A DNA stretch of 64,000 bases. It comes from an uncultured Thermoleophilia bacterium. Lineage in GTDB: Bacteria; Actinomycetota; Thermoleophilia; UBA2241. Location of the stretch: positions 257,156 through 321,155 of the forward strand of contig CAWHUW010000005.1 in the NCBI GenBank assembly GCA_963832655.1. The letters run 5' to 3'. The notes beneath the pieces were generated by a model. The model did not search any database. It saw only the letters and a program-made list of their open reading frames with translations, and was not told the origin of the DNA. Positions 42,643 through 52,655 of this stretch are shown one piece after another. Within the stretch, counting starts at the first letter, position 1; every line of letters starts with the position of its first letter. The translations under genes were made by a program, and so were the position numbers.

Positions 42643-43434
42643 TCAGCCGGCTGTGCGCCGCCGGCGCAGCCACTCCCGCACGAGGGCGACGATCACGCCG
42701 GCGATCGTGCCGAGCAGCAGGCCCTGGAGCATCGTCGCGATCTGGAACCCGCCGAGCGACGAGGACGAGACGCGGGGCACCGGCTCGACGTAGACGGAGG
42801 CGGCGATGGCCTCGCTGTCCTGGCGCGCGTCGAGCACGTTCTGGAGCGCCTCGTTGCGCTCCTTCTTCGCCTCGACGGCAGCCATGTAGTACTCACCGCG
42901 CTGGGCCAGAGGCAGGGAAGCGGCGGCCGCTTCGAGGCGGGCGATGTCCTTCTCGAGGTCCTTCGCCCGCTGCTTGTTGGACTCGATCCCCGACGCCAGG
43001 ATGTCGAGGTACTCCTGGTACGGCGCAAGCACGTACTGCACCGCCTGCCCGCTCACCGCCGTGACGCGGCGCGCGGCTTCGGCCGTCGTCGGCGCGGTGA
43101 CCGTGATGCTCACGTTCGCCTTGTCCGCGGTGACGAGCCTCGTGCTCACGGTGCCGGTCAGCGCACCCCGCGGGAGATCAAGCTCGCGCTCGGCGGCGCG
43201 CAGGACCGTCGGCGAGGTGGCGGCGGTGACGAAGACCTCGGCCTTGGTGACGCCGGCGATACCGCCGGGCAACGTCGTGACCGTCACCTGCTGGGTCGCC
43301 TTGGAGCGATCGACCGTCTCGTTGCGCCCCACCAGGCCGGCGACGACGAGGCCGATGAGGGCGGCGACGAGGACGATCACCCACTGACGCCGCACGGCGG
43401 CGATCAAGCCGACCGGCTCTCCAGCTTCGGTCAT
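42643..43434 (-). CDS. Wzz-like polysaccharide chain-length determinant (two terminal TM helices and a coiled-coil periplasmic region).
   Basis: N-terminal TM WVIVLVAALIGLVVAGLVG and C-terminal TM LLLGTIAGVIVALV with the coiled-coil KDLEKDIARLEAAAASL between them. Confidence 0.5.
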   Translation of the reverse strand: MTEAGEPVGLIAAVRRQWVIVLVAALIGLVVAGLVGRNETVDRSKATQQVTVTTLPGGIAGVTKAEVFVTAATSPTVLRAAERELDLPRGALTGTVSTRLVTADKANVSITVTAPTTAEAARRVTAVSGQAVQYVLAPYQEYLDILASGIESNKQRAKDLEKDIARLEAAAASLPLAQRGEYYMAAVEAKKERNEALQNVLDARQDSEAIAASVYVEPVPRVSSSSLGGFQIATMLQGLLLGTIAGVIVALVREWLRRRRTAG

Positions 43435-44807
43435 GACACCTCCTTGGTCTCGGCGGCGCGGGCGATGCCGGCGACCGCGAGGCTGGCTCCCACCAGGAAC
43501 CAGAGAAACTTGCTCGTCTCGAGACTATAGGTCATGGACTGTACCAGCAGGACCACCAGACCCGCGAGCGCGGCGGACGCGAGGGTGCGCAGCTCGACCG
43601 TCACCGCGCCCAAGGCCGTCCTGATGACGCCCCACAGCGCGACCACGATGCCGGCCATCATGCCGATGAGCCCCAGAAAGCCCGTCTCGGCCAGGATCGT
43701 GAGCAGAGCGGTGTGAGGAGCCAGCAGACTGGCCGGGACACGAGTGTTCCTGTACGCACCGATGGCCGCTTCGAAGTTGCCGGGCCCGACGCCCAGGGGA
43801 TGCGCGCCGAACATGCGCCAGGCGCTGTCGGCGAGATAGAGACGCAGGCGGGCCGAGGGATCGGAGGCGATGCCGGTGATCTTGGCCGCGACCCACTCCG
43901 GGCTGAGGACGACGAAGACGAGCAGCAGGGCGGCGCCGACTCCGGCCACGACGAGCGCCACGCGCATGCTCCAGCGCATGGGGGCGACGAGCACCGCCAC
44001 GACCGACCCGGCGGCGAGACCCACGAAAGCGCCTCGCGAGAGCGTCATGGCGACACCGATCGTGGCGGCGCCGACGAGGCACCAGAACAGGGCGGCGCGG
44101 CCAGGGCGGCGCTCGGCGGCGGCCAGCGGGATCCCCAGGGCCGCCGCCGCCGCCAGCACGCCGCCGAACACGTTGGGGTCCTCGAACGTGGTGCGGGCGC
44201 GGATGCCGTCGACCCAGGTGATGTAGTACGGCTGCAGCGTGAAAAGCTGGAAGCGCTCGAGCACGGCGAGCCCGCCGAGCAGCGCGCCGATCGTCAGGAA
44301 CGCGACCAGGGCGACGCGCAGGCGTGCCGTCGTGGTCGCGACGCCCACCACCAGAAAGGCGAGAAGGACGCTCGAGACCAGGCTGATGAAGGACACCAGC
44401 CCGTGGCGGACGTCCTGTGCGCCGACCAGCGCCGTGAGCGCCGCCGCCAGGAACAGCAGCAGCCACAGGTCGGCGGGCGTGCGGCGGAGCCGCTCCCTGC
44501 CGGCGACGACCATCCAGCCGTACAGGCCGAGCGAGACGAAGAAGACCCCCTGGTAGATGGTGAGCTCGGCGGCGCCGACGGCTGAGACGCGGCTGAAGTT
44601 GCCCAGCGCCGCGGCCGTCAGCGAGCCGACCAGCAGCAGCTCGGGGCGGCGCCACGACCAAGTCATGAGCGCGTAGACGAGCAGCAGGGCGCCGATCGCC
44701 ATCCCCACCCTGGGCATGGCGACCACGAACACCAGCGCCGTCGCGGCGGCGGCGGCCGTCCAGGCGAGCGTGGAGCGCAGCAGCGGCTGTGCGGTCGGGC
44801 CGTTCAT
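43431..44807 (-). CDS. O-antigen ligase / polymerase family (Wzy_C-like) integral membrane protein.
   Basis: ~12 TM helices with a large periplasmic loop (AMTLSRGAFVGLAAG), 458 aa. Confidence 0.6.
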   Translation of the reverse strand: MNGPTAQPLLRSTLAWTAAAAATALVFVVAMPRVGMAIGALLLVYALMTWSWRRPELLLVGSLTAAALGNFSRVSAVGAAELTIYQGVFFVSLGLYGWMVVAGRERLRRTPADLWLLLFLAAALTALVGAQDVRHGLVSFISLVSSVLLAFLVVGVATTTARLRVALVAFLTIGALLGGLAVLERFQLFTLQPYYITWVDGIRARTTFEDPNVFGGVLAAAAALGIPLAAAERRPGRAALFWCLVGAATIGVAMTLSRGAFVGLAAGSVVAVLVAPMRWSMRVALVVAGVGAALLLVFVVLSPEWVAAKITGIASDPSARLRLYLADSAWRMFGAHPLGVGPGNFEAAIGAYRNTRVPASLLAPHTALLTILAETGFLGLIGMMAGIVVALWGVIRTALGAVTVELRTLASAALAGLVVLLVQSMTYSLETSKFLWFLVGASLAVAGIARAAETKEVS

Positions 44808-46189
44808 GCGTCCGAGCCGGCGGACGGCGCTACGACACCGTCGAGGATCGCGGCGAGCTGACCGGTCAGGGCCCGGCGCTCGTACTTGGCGACCACTTCA
44901 GGCGCGGCGCCGCGCCGGACGACGCCGCGCCGCTTGTCGTCGGCGAGGGCGCCGATACGGGCGGCGATGGCGTCGACGTCGTGCGACGCGACGGTCCAGC
45001 CCGCGTCGTTCGCCGCGACGAGATGTGCCGCGTCGCCCTGGAGTGGCGCGAGCGCCAGCACGGGCAAGCCGACGGCGAAGTACTCGAAGAGCTTGCCCGT
45101 CACCACTCCCCGGGTGCCGGGGCGGTCGGCGACGATCACCAGCGCCACGTCGGCAGCGGCGACGCGGGCGATGGCCTCGGCGTGCGGCAGGTAGCCGGAG
45201 AACTCGACCGCGGACGAGAGGCCCTGTCTCTCGGCGGCAGCCTTGATGTGGTCGGGAGCGTGGCCGACGATCTCGAGGCACACGTCCAAATCGGGCCGCT
45301 CGGCCCTTACCCGGGCAAGCGCCTGGAAGAGGTCCCACGGCTCAGTGAGCCCTCCGTACATCTGGCCCATGAACACCAGCCGCAGCGGGCCGCCCTCCCG
45401 CGGAGACCACGGCACGATGTCGGCGGGGTCGAAGCCGTTCGGCAGGACACGAACGTCACGGCCGCCCAGCTCGACGGCTTCGACCGCCGTGCCCGGACTG
45501 ACCATGAGGACGGCGGCGGCCGACGCAAGGACGGACAGCTCCGCCCGCAGGGCGCGACGCCTGGCCGCCGCCGACGGGTACCAGGCGAGCGGGTTGTCGC
45601 GCCAGCCGTCGCGCAGGTCGGCGACCAGCGGGACGCCGAGCTCGCGCGCGACGGCCTCCCCGGCGACGAGCACGGAGAACGGCGGCCCCGAGGCGAGCAC
45701 GACGCGGGCGTCGCGCTGGCGGCCCAGCGCGACGCCGCGCGAGCGTGCGCTGCGCGCCCACAACGCGGCGTCGTCGAGCGCGAAGTACAGGGGGATGCGC
45801 GACGAGACCGGCGGGGCCGCGCGATCGACGACCGGGCCGGCCGGACCTGCGGCCGCCGTCGCTGGGAGCGCGCCGGCACCGGCTGGGGACGCGCCTGTCG
45901 AGGGGCGTCCGCGGCGCAGCGCTGCGCGGGCCTTCCTGACGGGCACGAACGACCGGGCGGCGAGGGCGGAGACGCTGCGCGCCGGCAGCCGCACGGCCGG
46001 CACGCCGGCGACGTCGGCCAGGAGCGTGTCGTCGGCGAGCTTGCCCTGCCCCCGCCGGAAGTCGCTGGTGAGCACCACGGGGTCCCAGCCGAACTCGGGG
46101 AGATAGCGCGCGAACTTGGCGACGCGCTGCACGCCGCTGCCGCCGGCGGGGGGGAACTCGTAGGTCATGATCAGCACGGTGCCAGACAT
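44804..46189 (-). CDS. GT4-family glycosyltransferase.
   Basis: MTYEFPPAGGSGVQRVAKFARYLPEFGWDPVVLT N-terminus typical of GT4; C-terminal VVTGKLFEYFAVGLPVLA. Confidence 0.7.
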   Translation of the reverse strand: MSGTVLIMTYEFPPAGGSGVQRVAKFARYLPEFGWDPVVLTSDFRRGQGKLADDTLLADVAGVPAVRLPARSVSALAARSFVPVRKARAALRRGRPSTGASPAGAGALPATAAAGPAGPVVDRAAPPVSSRIPLYFALDDAALWARSARSRGVALGRQRDARVVLASGPPFSVLVAGEAVARELGVPLVADLRDGWRDNPLAWYPSAAARRRALRAELSVLASAAAVLMVSPGTAVEAVELGGRDVRVLPNGFDPADIVPWSPREGGPLRLVFMGQMYGGLTEPWDLFQALARVRAERPDLDVCLEIVGHAPDHIKAAAERQGLSSAVEFSGYLPHAEAIARVAAADVALVIVADRPGTRGVVTGKLFEYFAVGLPVLALAPLQGDAAHLVAANDAGWTVASHDVDAIAARIGALADDKRRGVVRRGAAPEVVAKYERRALTGQLAAILDGVVAPSAGSDA

Positions 46190-46300
46190 CCTCGGGAACC
46201 TAGTCTACAGCGCTCGCGCGCCCGGTCTCGGCCGCGCGCTGTGCGGTGCGAGGACCCGAGTGGCTCGCGACGCCGCGCCCCGGCGCGAGACCCCCTCAGC

Positions 46301-47782
46301 TCAGCGCACGAATCTCAGGAGCCCGCGCCGGTCCGCCTTGGACATCCAGTATCTGGTGGTCGCATTGCCGTAGACCATCGCCTTGAACCATGCCTCGCCG
46401 GGGTTGATCGGCTCCGACATCGCCTCCGGCCACAGATCGGAGATCAGGCGGCGATAGAACGTGTACGGCGGCGCCTTGCGTTCCTTGCCGTCGACGCTCA
46501 GAAACGTGAGCAGCAGGCCGCGGTTGTTGAAGGGCGACATCTCCTCGACGACGATGTCCTGCTCGAAGGGGTACTGCGCCCCCCAGTGGCCCATCCGTTG
46601 CTCCCAGAGGAACAGGTCCAGCACGCGCAGCCCGAGCTCCTGCTCGCAGGCGAGAGCCTCCGTGTACCACCTCTTCATCACGTCGTTCACATATGGGCTC
46701 CTGGTGCCGTAGGGCGTGCACTCGCACACCAGGTCGAGAGAGGGCGGCCGTCGGCTCCAGCCGTATCGGCAACGCGCGACCTCGCCTCCGTTGCCGTTCA
46801 CGTTCACGACGTTCGCGTCGTAGCGCTGCAGGGAGTGATAGTAGAAGTTCGCCGTCTTGGGCAGGATCCGCGGCATGACGTGCTCAGCCCTGTACAGCTC
46901 GAGGAACTCCTCGCTGGGCGGCACCGGCTCGACCACCGCGAACCGCAGACCCAGGCGCTCACTCAAGGCCGTCGACACCCGCGCGTCGTCGTTTCGCCCG
47001 GAGGACCTGTCGAAGACGAAGTAGTCGATCCGCCCGCTCAGGTCCCGGCTCGCCGCGAGCAGCAGCCGTGAGTCCCAACCCGCCGTCAGCGGCTGGACGA
47101 GCCGGTATCGCCGAGCCAGGCCGGCATACGTGCCGCGAAGGATCGCCGACGCATGGTCGATCACCTTCACCTCATCGTCGGCGCGTTCCAGGGGCGAGAA
47201 CGGGACTCGTCTCACTTCTCTCGTCCCCAGGTCCAGGAGATGGTTCGGCAGCAGCTTGAGGAGGCGGTCGTCCATGGACTCGTCGCCATACCAGTGGTGC
47301 TCGTGGTCGAGGTACTCTGGGAGCTGGAGCAGCGCCTTCTTGGCTTCGCTGAGCTGCAGCTCGTAGCCGAAGAAGGAGAGGAAGAGCTTCGGCGAGGACG
47401 TCATGGCGAGTTCGTGGTCCGGGGCGGCGTGGTAGATGTGACGGAAGTGGAACGCGTCCCCGGTGACGATGAACGCGCTCGCCGTCTTGAAGAGCAGGAC
47501 GTAGCGGCCCGTGGTGCACTCGATGTTCTCGTGCAGCTGCTCCGGTGAGGCGGACGTGGCGGTGAGCCGTTGCACGATCGTCTCGTCGGTGTCGTCGGGA
47601 CGCTGCGGGTCGATGATATAGCCGAGCAGAGCGACCTGCGTGGACTCGGTCGCGGCGATCGTGACCTTCAGCTTCGCGTGCGCGTGGATGCGCAGATCGG
47701 CGAAGTCGAAGCTCGCGAAGTCCGGAAGGTCGCACCTCGGCTCCGCGCCGCAGTGAGTGACGATGTACTGGTTCGTGAACAT
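46301..47782 (-). CDS. Asparagine-synthetase-like PP-loop ATP-pyrophosphatase family protein without a glutaminase Cys2. Function unknown, in the polysaccharide locus.
   Basis: LVQPLTAGWDSRLLLAAS resembles the SGGxDS PP-loop. The N-terminus MFTNQYIV lacks the Ntn Cys. 493 aa. Confidence 0.45.
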   Translation of the reverse strand: MFTNQYIVTHCGAEPRCDLPDFASFDFADLRIHAHAKLKVTIAATESTQVALLGYIIDPQRPDDTDETIVQRLTATSASPEQLHENIECTTGRYVLLFKTASAFIVTGDAFHFRHIYHAAPDHELAMTSSPKLFLSFFGYELQLSEAKKALLQLPEYLDHEHHWYGDESMDDRLLKLLPNHLLDLGTREVRRVPFSPLERADDEVKVIDHASAILRGTYAGLARRYRLVQPLTAGWDSRLLLAASRDLSGRIDYFVFDRSSGRNDDARVSTALSERLGLRFAVVEPVPPSEEFLELYRAEHVMPRILPKTANFYYHSLQRYDANVVNVNGNGGEVARCRYGWSRRPPSLDLVCECTPYGTRSPYVNDVMKRWYTEALACEQELGLRVLDLFLWEQRMGHWGAQYPFEQDIVVEEMSPFNNRGLLLTFLSVDGKERKAPPYTFYRRLISDLWPEAMSEPINPGEAWFKAMVYGNATTRYWMSKADRRGLLRFVR

Positions 47783-47935
47783 CCTGCGCAGTATGCGTGC
47801 TGCTCGCCGACGTCACAAGGCGCGCGTCCCGCCAGGCCGGGCGGCGGGCGATCGGGCGGGCCGCGCCGACACGACGCGGCGCCGACGTGAGATGCGCCGC
47901 CTCATGTCACGGCACCCGCCGGTATACTCCCGCCG

Positions 47936-48643
47936 ATGAGCCCCGGACCCGCACAGACCCTCCTTGACCTGCGCGAGGCTGAGCTGTTCGCGCGCCTCGA
48001 CGGGGACGAGCTGGCCAGAGTGGCGGCGCTCGCCCGCCCGTTGGAGCTGCCGGGCGAGCGCCTGCTCTTCCTGCAGGGCGACGAGGCGGCGGCCTTCTAC
48101 ATCCTCGCCGCCGGCCAGGTCAAAGTCTTCAAGATGCTGCGTGACGGACGCTCGGCGACGATCCGTCACGTCCGGCCTGGTCAGTCCTTCGCCGAGGCGG
48201 CGCTCTTTCGCGAGACGTACCCGTCGAGCGCCGAGACCCTGGCCGCCAGCCGGCTCTACAGGTTCGACACCAACGAGTTCCGCAAGTTGCTGCTCGCCGA
48301 GCCGCAGCTCGCCGTCAGCCTGCTGGCCGCGATGGCCGAGCTGCTCGGCCTGCTCAATCGCCGCGTCGAGGAGTTGCTGCTCCCCGTGCCGGCCCGCCTG
48401 GCGCGCTACCTGCTGGCGCTCGCCGAGGCCCAGCTCGCACCTCCCTCGCAGGACGGCGGGCCGAGGGTCGTGCATCTGCCGACGACCAAGCGCGAGCTCG
48501 CCGCGCGCCTCGGCACCGTCCCCGAGACGCTCAGCCGTACCTTCGACCGCTTCAAGCGCGCCAAGATCATCCGCATGAGCAGCGGCCACGAGCTCATCGA
48601 GATCCTCGACTTCGGCGCCCTGCGTCGCCTGGCACAGGAGTAG
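47936..48643 (+). CDS. Crp/Fnr-family transcriptional regulator (no FNR Cys cluster, no obvious CooA heme ligands).
   Basis: cNMP-binding-like domain (FLQGDEAAAFYILAAGQVKVFK) and C-terminal HTH (TKRELAARLGTVPETLSRTFDRFK). Confidence 0.8.
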   Translation: MSPGPAQTLLDLREAELFARLDGDELARVAALARPLELPGERLLFLQGDEAAAFYILAAGQVKVFKMLRDGRSATIRHVRPGQSFAEAALFRETYPSSAETLAASRLYRFDTNEFRKLLLAEPQLAVSLLAAMAELLGLLNRRVEELLLPVPARLARYLLALAEAQLAPPSQDGGPRVVHLPTTKRELAARLGTVPETLSRTFDRFKRAKIIRMSSGHELIEILDFGALRRLAQE

Positions 48644-48772
48644 GGCGACCGCAAGGCACGCACCGGGCGGCCGACGCGGCCGTGCCTTCGCCAGGCGACG
48701 CGGCTCGCTCATGCTCCTCGCCGCGCAGCCGAGGAGTACCATGATGCGCACAACGGACCCCGGGGGTGGACG

Positions 48773-49741
48773 ATGGCACGCGAACCTCTCACTCGCGCTG
48801 ACTTCCTCAAGATCCTGGCCGCCGGCGCCGGCGGCGTCGTGTTCTTCCGCGGGGCCGAGGACGCGCTCGCCGGCATCGCCGGCGCACACGACGACATCGA
48901 CCAGGCTGCTCTCAGCGGCGACCTCGCGGCGGCCCTCGCTTACCCCCACATGACCGTCGTCAAGGGTACCCCGATCGGCACGAACGTGAGGACGGCCATC
49001 GCGAAGCTCGGCGGCATGCGCCGCTTCGTCGCCGCCGGCGCCGACGTGATCATCAAGCCCAACATCTGCACCGCGCGCACGCCGGGGTACGCGGCGACCA
49101 CCAACCCCACCGTCGTCGCGACGCTCGTGCGCCTGGCGCTCGGCGCGGGAGCGAGCCGGGTCCGGGTCATGGACAACCCGATCTCGGTGGCCCCGCTCGG
49201 CGCCTACACCACCAGCGGGATCAAGAGCGCCGTGGAGAAGGCCGGGGGGGCCATGCAGATCATGAGCGGCACCCGCTATCGGGACTACTACGTCGGCGGC
49301 CTCCTCGGCTACCACCCGCTCTACAGCGACATGCTCGCCTGCGACGTCCTCATCAACGTGCCGGTCGCCAAAGTGCACGGGGCCACCGGCCTCACGCTCG
49401 CCGGCAAGAACATGATGGGCGCCACGAACGACCGCGGGGCGATGCACACCAAGGGACTCAGCAGGAGCATCGCCGAGATCAACCGCAAGCTGAAGCCGGA
49501 CCTCACGGTCATCGACGCCATCCGGATCCTCGTCGCGCACGGCCCGACCGGCGGCAACCTGTCCGACGTGCGCCGCAAGGACACCGTCATCGCCTCCAAG
49601 GACTGGGTGGCGGCCGACGCGTACGCGACGCGGCTGTTCGGCAGGACGCCCCGCTACGTCCCCTACATCGCGGCCGCGCACCGCATGGGCCTCGGGGAGA
49701 ACGACCTGTCGAAACTGACCATCCGGAAGTACTGGGTCTGA
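48773..49741 (+). CDS. DUF362 family protein with a Tat-like N-terminus.
   Basis: LTRADFLKILAAGAGG followed by VIIKPNICTAR...AATTNPTVVATLVRLALGAG, typical of DUF362. Confidence 0.55.
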   Translation: MAREPLTRADFLKILAAGAGGVVFFRGAEDALAGIAGAHDDIDQAALSGDLAAALAYPHMTVVKGTPIGTNVRTAIAKLGGMRRFVAAGADVIIKPNICTARTPGYAATTNPTVVATLVRLALGAGASRVRVMDNPISVAPLGAYTTSGIKSAVEKAGGAMQIMSGTRYRDYYVGGLLGYHPLYSDMLACDVLINVPVAKVHGATGLTLAGKNMMGATNDRGAMHTKGLSRSIAEINRKLKPDLTVIDAIRILVAHGPTGGNLSDVRRKDTVIASKDWVAADAYATRLFGRTPRYVPYIAAAHRMGLGENDLSKLTIRKYWV

Positions 49742-49748
49742 GCGAGCC

Positions 49749-51383
49749 GTGAGGGACGAGGCCGAGGCGGTGCGCCGGTCGACGGGCGGCTGGAAGGCCG
49801 CCCGCTGGGCCCGGCGCGCCACCCAGATCGCCGCGTTCGCCGTCTTCGTGTACCTGCTGTTCGCGGGGCTGCAGCGCCTCGAGCCGCTGCCCTACGCGAA
49901 CATCTTCTTCCGCTTCGACCCGCTGGCGGCGTTCGCGACCATGCTGGCCGCCCGCGTCTGGATGCCGGACTTCGCTCTCGCGCTCGTCACGCTGGCGCTG
50001 GCCGTCGTCGTGGGCCGCGTCTGGTGTGGCTGGATCTGCCCGCTGGGCAGCCTGCTCGGGTGGCTCCGGTTCCGCTCCGCGCCGCGGCGGGCCGGGCGTG
50101 TGCCCCCGGCCCTGCGGCGCGTCAAGTACGTGCTCCTCGGCGCCGTCGTCGTGCTCGCCGCCCTCACCGGCCTCACCCTTCTCGTACTCGACCCTGTCGC
50201 CCTGCTCACGCGCACCGCGACGACGTCGCTCATCCCCGGCGCCGTCTTCATCGTCGACAGTCTCGAGGAGGCAGGGATGCGCTGGGAGCCGACGGTCGGC
50301 GCCGTGACGTGGGTCGAGGACCACTTCCGCGGCAACGTCCTCCCGACGATCCAGCCGCGGTACGGGCAGGCGGTCCTGCTCTTCCTGGTCCTGCTCGCGG
50401 TGATCCTTCTCAACGCCTTCGCGCACCGCTTCTGGTGCCGGTACCTGTGCCCGCTCGGAGCGCTGCTCGGCCTGGTCGCCAAGGTGCAGGTGCTGCGCCC
50501 CGTCGTCGGCGACGCCTGCGACCGCTGCGGCGCCTGCGCTCGCGCCTGCGGCGTCGACGCCATCGAACTGGCGTCGGACGGCGGCGCCGTGGCGCCGGCT
50601 GCCGACTCGCCGAACGGCGGCACCGCCCGCGTCGTCACCTCGGAGTGCACGATGTGTCTCGACTGCCTCGTCGCCTGTCCCCGACCCGGCGCCATGAGCT
50701 TCGGCGTGGCGCGGCGGCCCGGGCCGTGGGCGCCGTACGATCCGGGGCGCCGCGAGGTCGTCATCGCGGCGGCGGCCGGCGTGGGAGCCGCGGTGCTCTT
50801 CGGCACCGGCGTCGCGCGCGCCGTGCCGCGCCCGGGCCTGATCCGCCCGCCGGGCGCCCAGGACGAGGCGCGCTTCCTCTCCCGCTGTCTGCGCTGCAGC
50901 GAGTGCATGAAGGTCTGCCCCACGTCCGGCCTGCAGCCGACGCTCGCCGAGGCCGGCCTCGAGGGGCTCTGGACCCCCGTCCTCAAGTCGCGCCTCGGCT
51001 ACTGCGACTACGCCTGCACCGCCTGCGGACACGTCTGCCCGTCCGGCGCCATCCCGAAGCTGGGCCTCGAGGAGAAGCGCGTGCAGGTCCTCGGCGTCGC
51101 CGTCATCGACCGCGACCGCTGCCTGCCGTGGGCGTCGGACACACCCTGCATCGTCTGCCAGGAGATGTGCCCCGTCCCCGACAAGGCCATCGAGCTCGTC
51201 GGGCAGCACCTGGTCACCCGCCCCGACGGCTCGCAGGACTACCTCTCGCGGCCGAAGGTCATCGCCGACCGCTGCATAGGCTGCGGTATCTGCGAGTACA
51301 AGTGCCCGCTCGAGGGGACTTCGGCGATCGTGGTCCTGCCGTCGAACCCCGACCTCGCCGGCGGCACGGTGCCTCTCGGCTGA
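49749..51383 (+). CDS. NapH/MauN/CcoG-like membrane polyferredoxin (4 TM helices and four [4Fe-4S]-type Cys motifs).
   Basis: Two CGWICPLG / CRYLCPLG motifs plus CDRCGACARAC, CTMCLDCLVACP, CLRCSECMKVCP, CTACGHVCP and CIGCGICEYKCP. Confidence 0.7.
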   Translation: MRDEAEAVRRSTGGWKAARWARRATQIAAFAVFVYLLFAGLQRLEPLPYANIFFRFDPLAAFATMLAARVWMPDFALALVTLALAVVVGRVWCGWICPLGSLLGWLRFRSAPRRAGRVPPALRRVKYVLLGAVVVLAALTGLTLLVLDPVALLTRTATTSLIPGAVFIVDSLEEAGMRWEPTVGAVTWVEDHFRGNVLPTIQPRYGQAVLLFLVLLAVILLNAFAHRFWCRYLCPLGALLGLVAKVQVLRPVVGDACDRCGACARACGVDAIELASDGGAVAPAADSPNGGTARVVTSECTMCLDCLVACPRPGAMSFGVARRPGPWAPYDPGRREVVIAAAAGVGAAVLFGTGVARAVPRPGLIRPPGAQDEARFLSRCLRCSECMKVCPTSGLQPTLAEAGLEGLWTPVLKSRLGYCDYACTACGHVCPSGAIPKLGLEEKRVQVLGVAVIDRDRCLPWASDTPCIVCQEMCPVPDKAIELVGQHLVTRPDGSQDYLSRPKVIADRCIGCGICEYKCPLEGTSAIVVLPSNPDLAGGTVPLG

Positions 51384-51444
51384 GACGGCGGGAGGAGGCG
51401 GCGAGCGCGGCGCACCGCCTGAGCGGCGGCCGAAGGCGCTGCGA

Positions 51445-52338
51445 TCAGCGGTACCCGGCCGCCCGGAACAGCTCCGGCAGCGAGACGGGCTGTAAATTGC
51501 GCGCCCGGAGCCCCCGCAGGATCGCGGGGAGCGCCGACGCGGTCCGTCGCTTGATGTGGAGCAGAACGATGGATCCGGGTCGCACGTTGCGGAGCACACG
51601 CCGCGTGATGACTGCGGCGCGCGGCGAACGCCAGTCCTCGGGATCGACGTCCCAGAGAACGAGGCGTGTGAAGCCGACCGCGCCGGCGACGCGGCGCATC
51701 CGTCGGTCGTACCTGCCGTAGGGCGGTCGAAGGTAGGGCGCCGGCGTCGCGCGCGCGGCCGTCCACCACGGCCGGCTGCTTCGCGCCAGCTCACGGCGCA
51801 TCTGTGCGGTCGTCAAGCCCGTCATCACCGCGTGCGACCAGCCGTGGGAACCCACGGCGTGCCCCTCCGCGAGCGTACGACGCGCCAGCTCCGGGTTGGC
51901 GCTCACGTAGGGCCCGAGGACGAAGAACGTCGCGCGGACCCCCCATGCCTTGAGCGTCCGCAGGATCCGCCTCCACGGGCCGGCGGCGCCGTCGTCGAAC
52001 GTCAGCGCGACGCGCCTTCCTGCGCCGTCGATGCGACGCCATGCCTGGGCGATCGTGGCGCCGGATCCGTCGCCCGCAGCCGCCCGAGCCACCTCGGCGT
52101 TGGCGCGGCGCGACCCAGGCCCGGCGCTTGCGGCGACGGCCGACGATGACGTTGGGCCGTCGGACGGCGCTGGTGGCGACGGTGTGAAGGGCGAGACGAC
52201 AGCCGCGGATGGGCTCGCGACAGCCTCCCGACGTGCGTCCGCGCCGACGGGCGCGCCGGCCATGCTCGTCGTCAACAGGAAACCGCCAAGGGCGAGCGCG
52301 GCCAGGACGACGGCGATGAGGATGGCGTTTCGCTGCAC
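51445..52338 (-). CDS. Polysaccharide deacetylase (NodB homology domain), secreted.
   Basis: Signal peptide; VALTFDDG (TFDDG motif); HGWSHAVM. Confidence 0.7.
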   Translation of the reverse strand: MQRNAILIAVVLAALALGGFLLTTSMAGAPVGADARREAVASPSAAVVSPFTPSPPAPSDGPTSSSAVAASAGPGSRRANAEVARAAAGDGSGATIAQAWRRIDGAGRRVALTFDDGAAGPWRRILRTLKAWGVRATFFVLGPYVSANPELARRTLAEGHAVGSHGWSHAVMTGLTTAQMRRELARSSRPWWTAARATPAPYLRPPYGRYDRRMRRVAGAVGFTRLVLWDVDPEDWRSPRAAVITRRVLRNVRPGSIVLLHIKRRTASALPAILRGLRARNLQPVSLPELFRAAGYR

Positions 52339-52655
52339 GGGTGCCTCCCGGACGCCGGGTCGTCTGCCCGGCAGGCGCGATCGACGCGCGACGTCGGGAC
52401 TGTGTTCGCACGCGACGTCTCACGACCTTCCCGTGGGCCGACGTCCGGGGGCAGCGCGCGACCTCCGCGTCCTCGCGGTTGACCCAGGTCAATGCACCGA
52501 CGGCCCGGTGCCGGTACAGTAACCACCACGGCGGCAGTGTTTACTGCGCCGTGACCCACCAAACCGACACACCCGGCCGCCGGCGCTCGCGCGACGATCC
52601 CCCGTCGTGACAACGGCTTCGGCGGCGGCAGATCCGGAAAGAGGTCACATAGCCA

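Noticed and set aside
46301-47782. Lasso-peptide cyclase (asparagine-synthetase-like C protein).
   Set aside because: No precursor peptide or B-type transglutaminase protease is nearby. The context is a glycosyltransferase/Wzy polysaccharide locus.
47936-48643. CooA (heme CO sensor) identity for the Crp-family regulator.
   Set aside because: There is no N-terminal Pro2 or His77-like heme ligand context, and no FNR Cys cluster either. It is called generically as Crp/Fnr (HcpR/Dnr-like).
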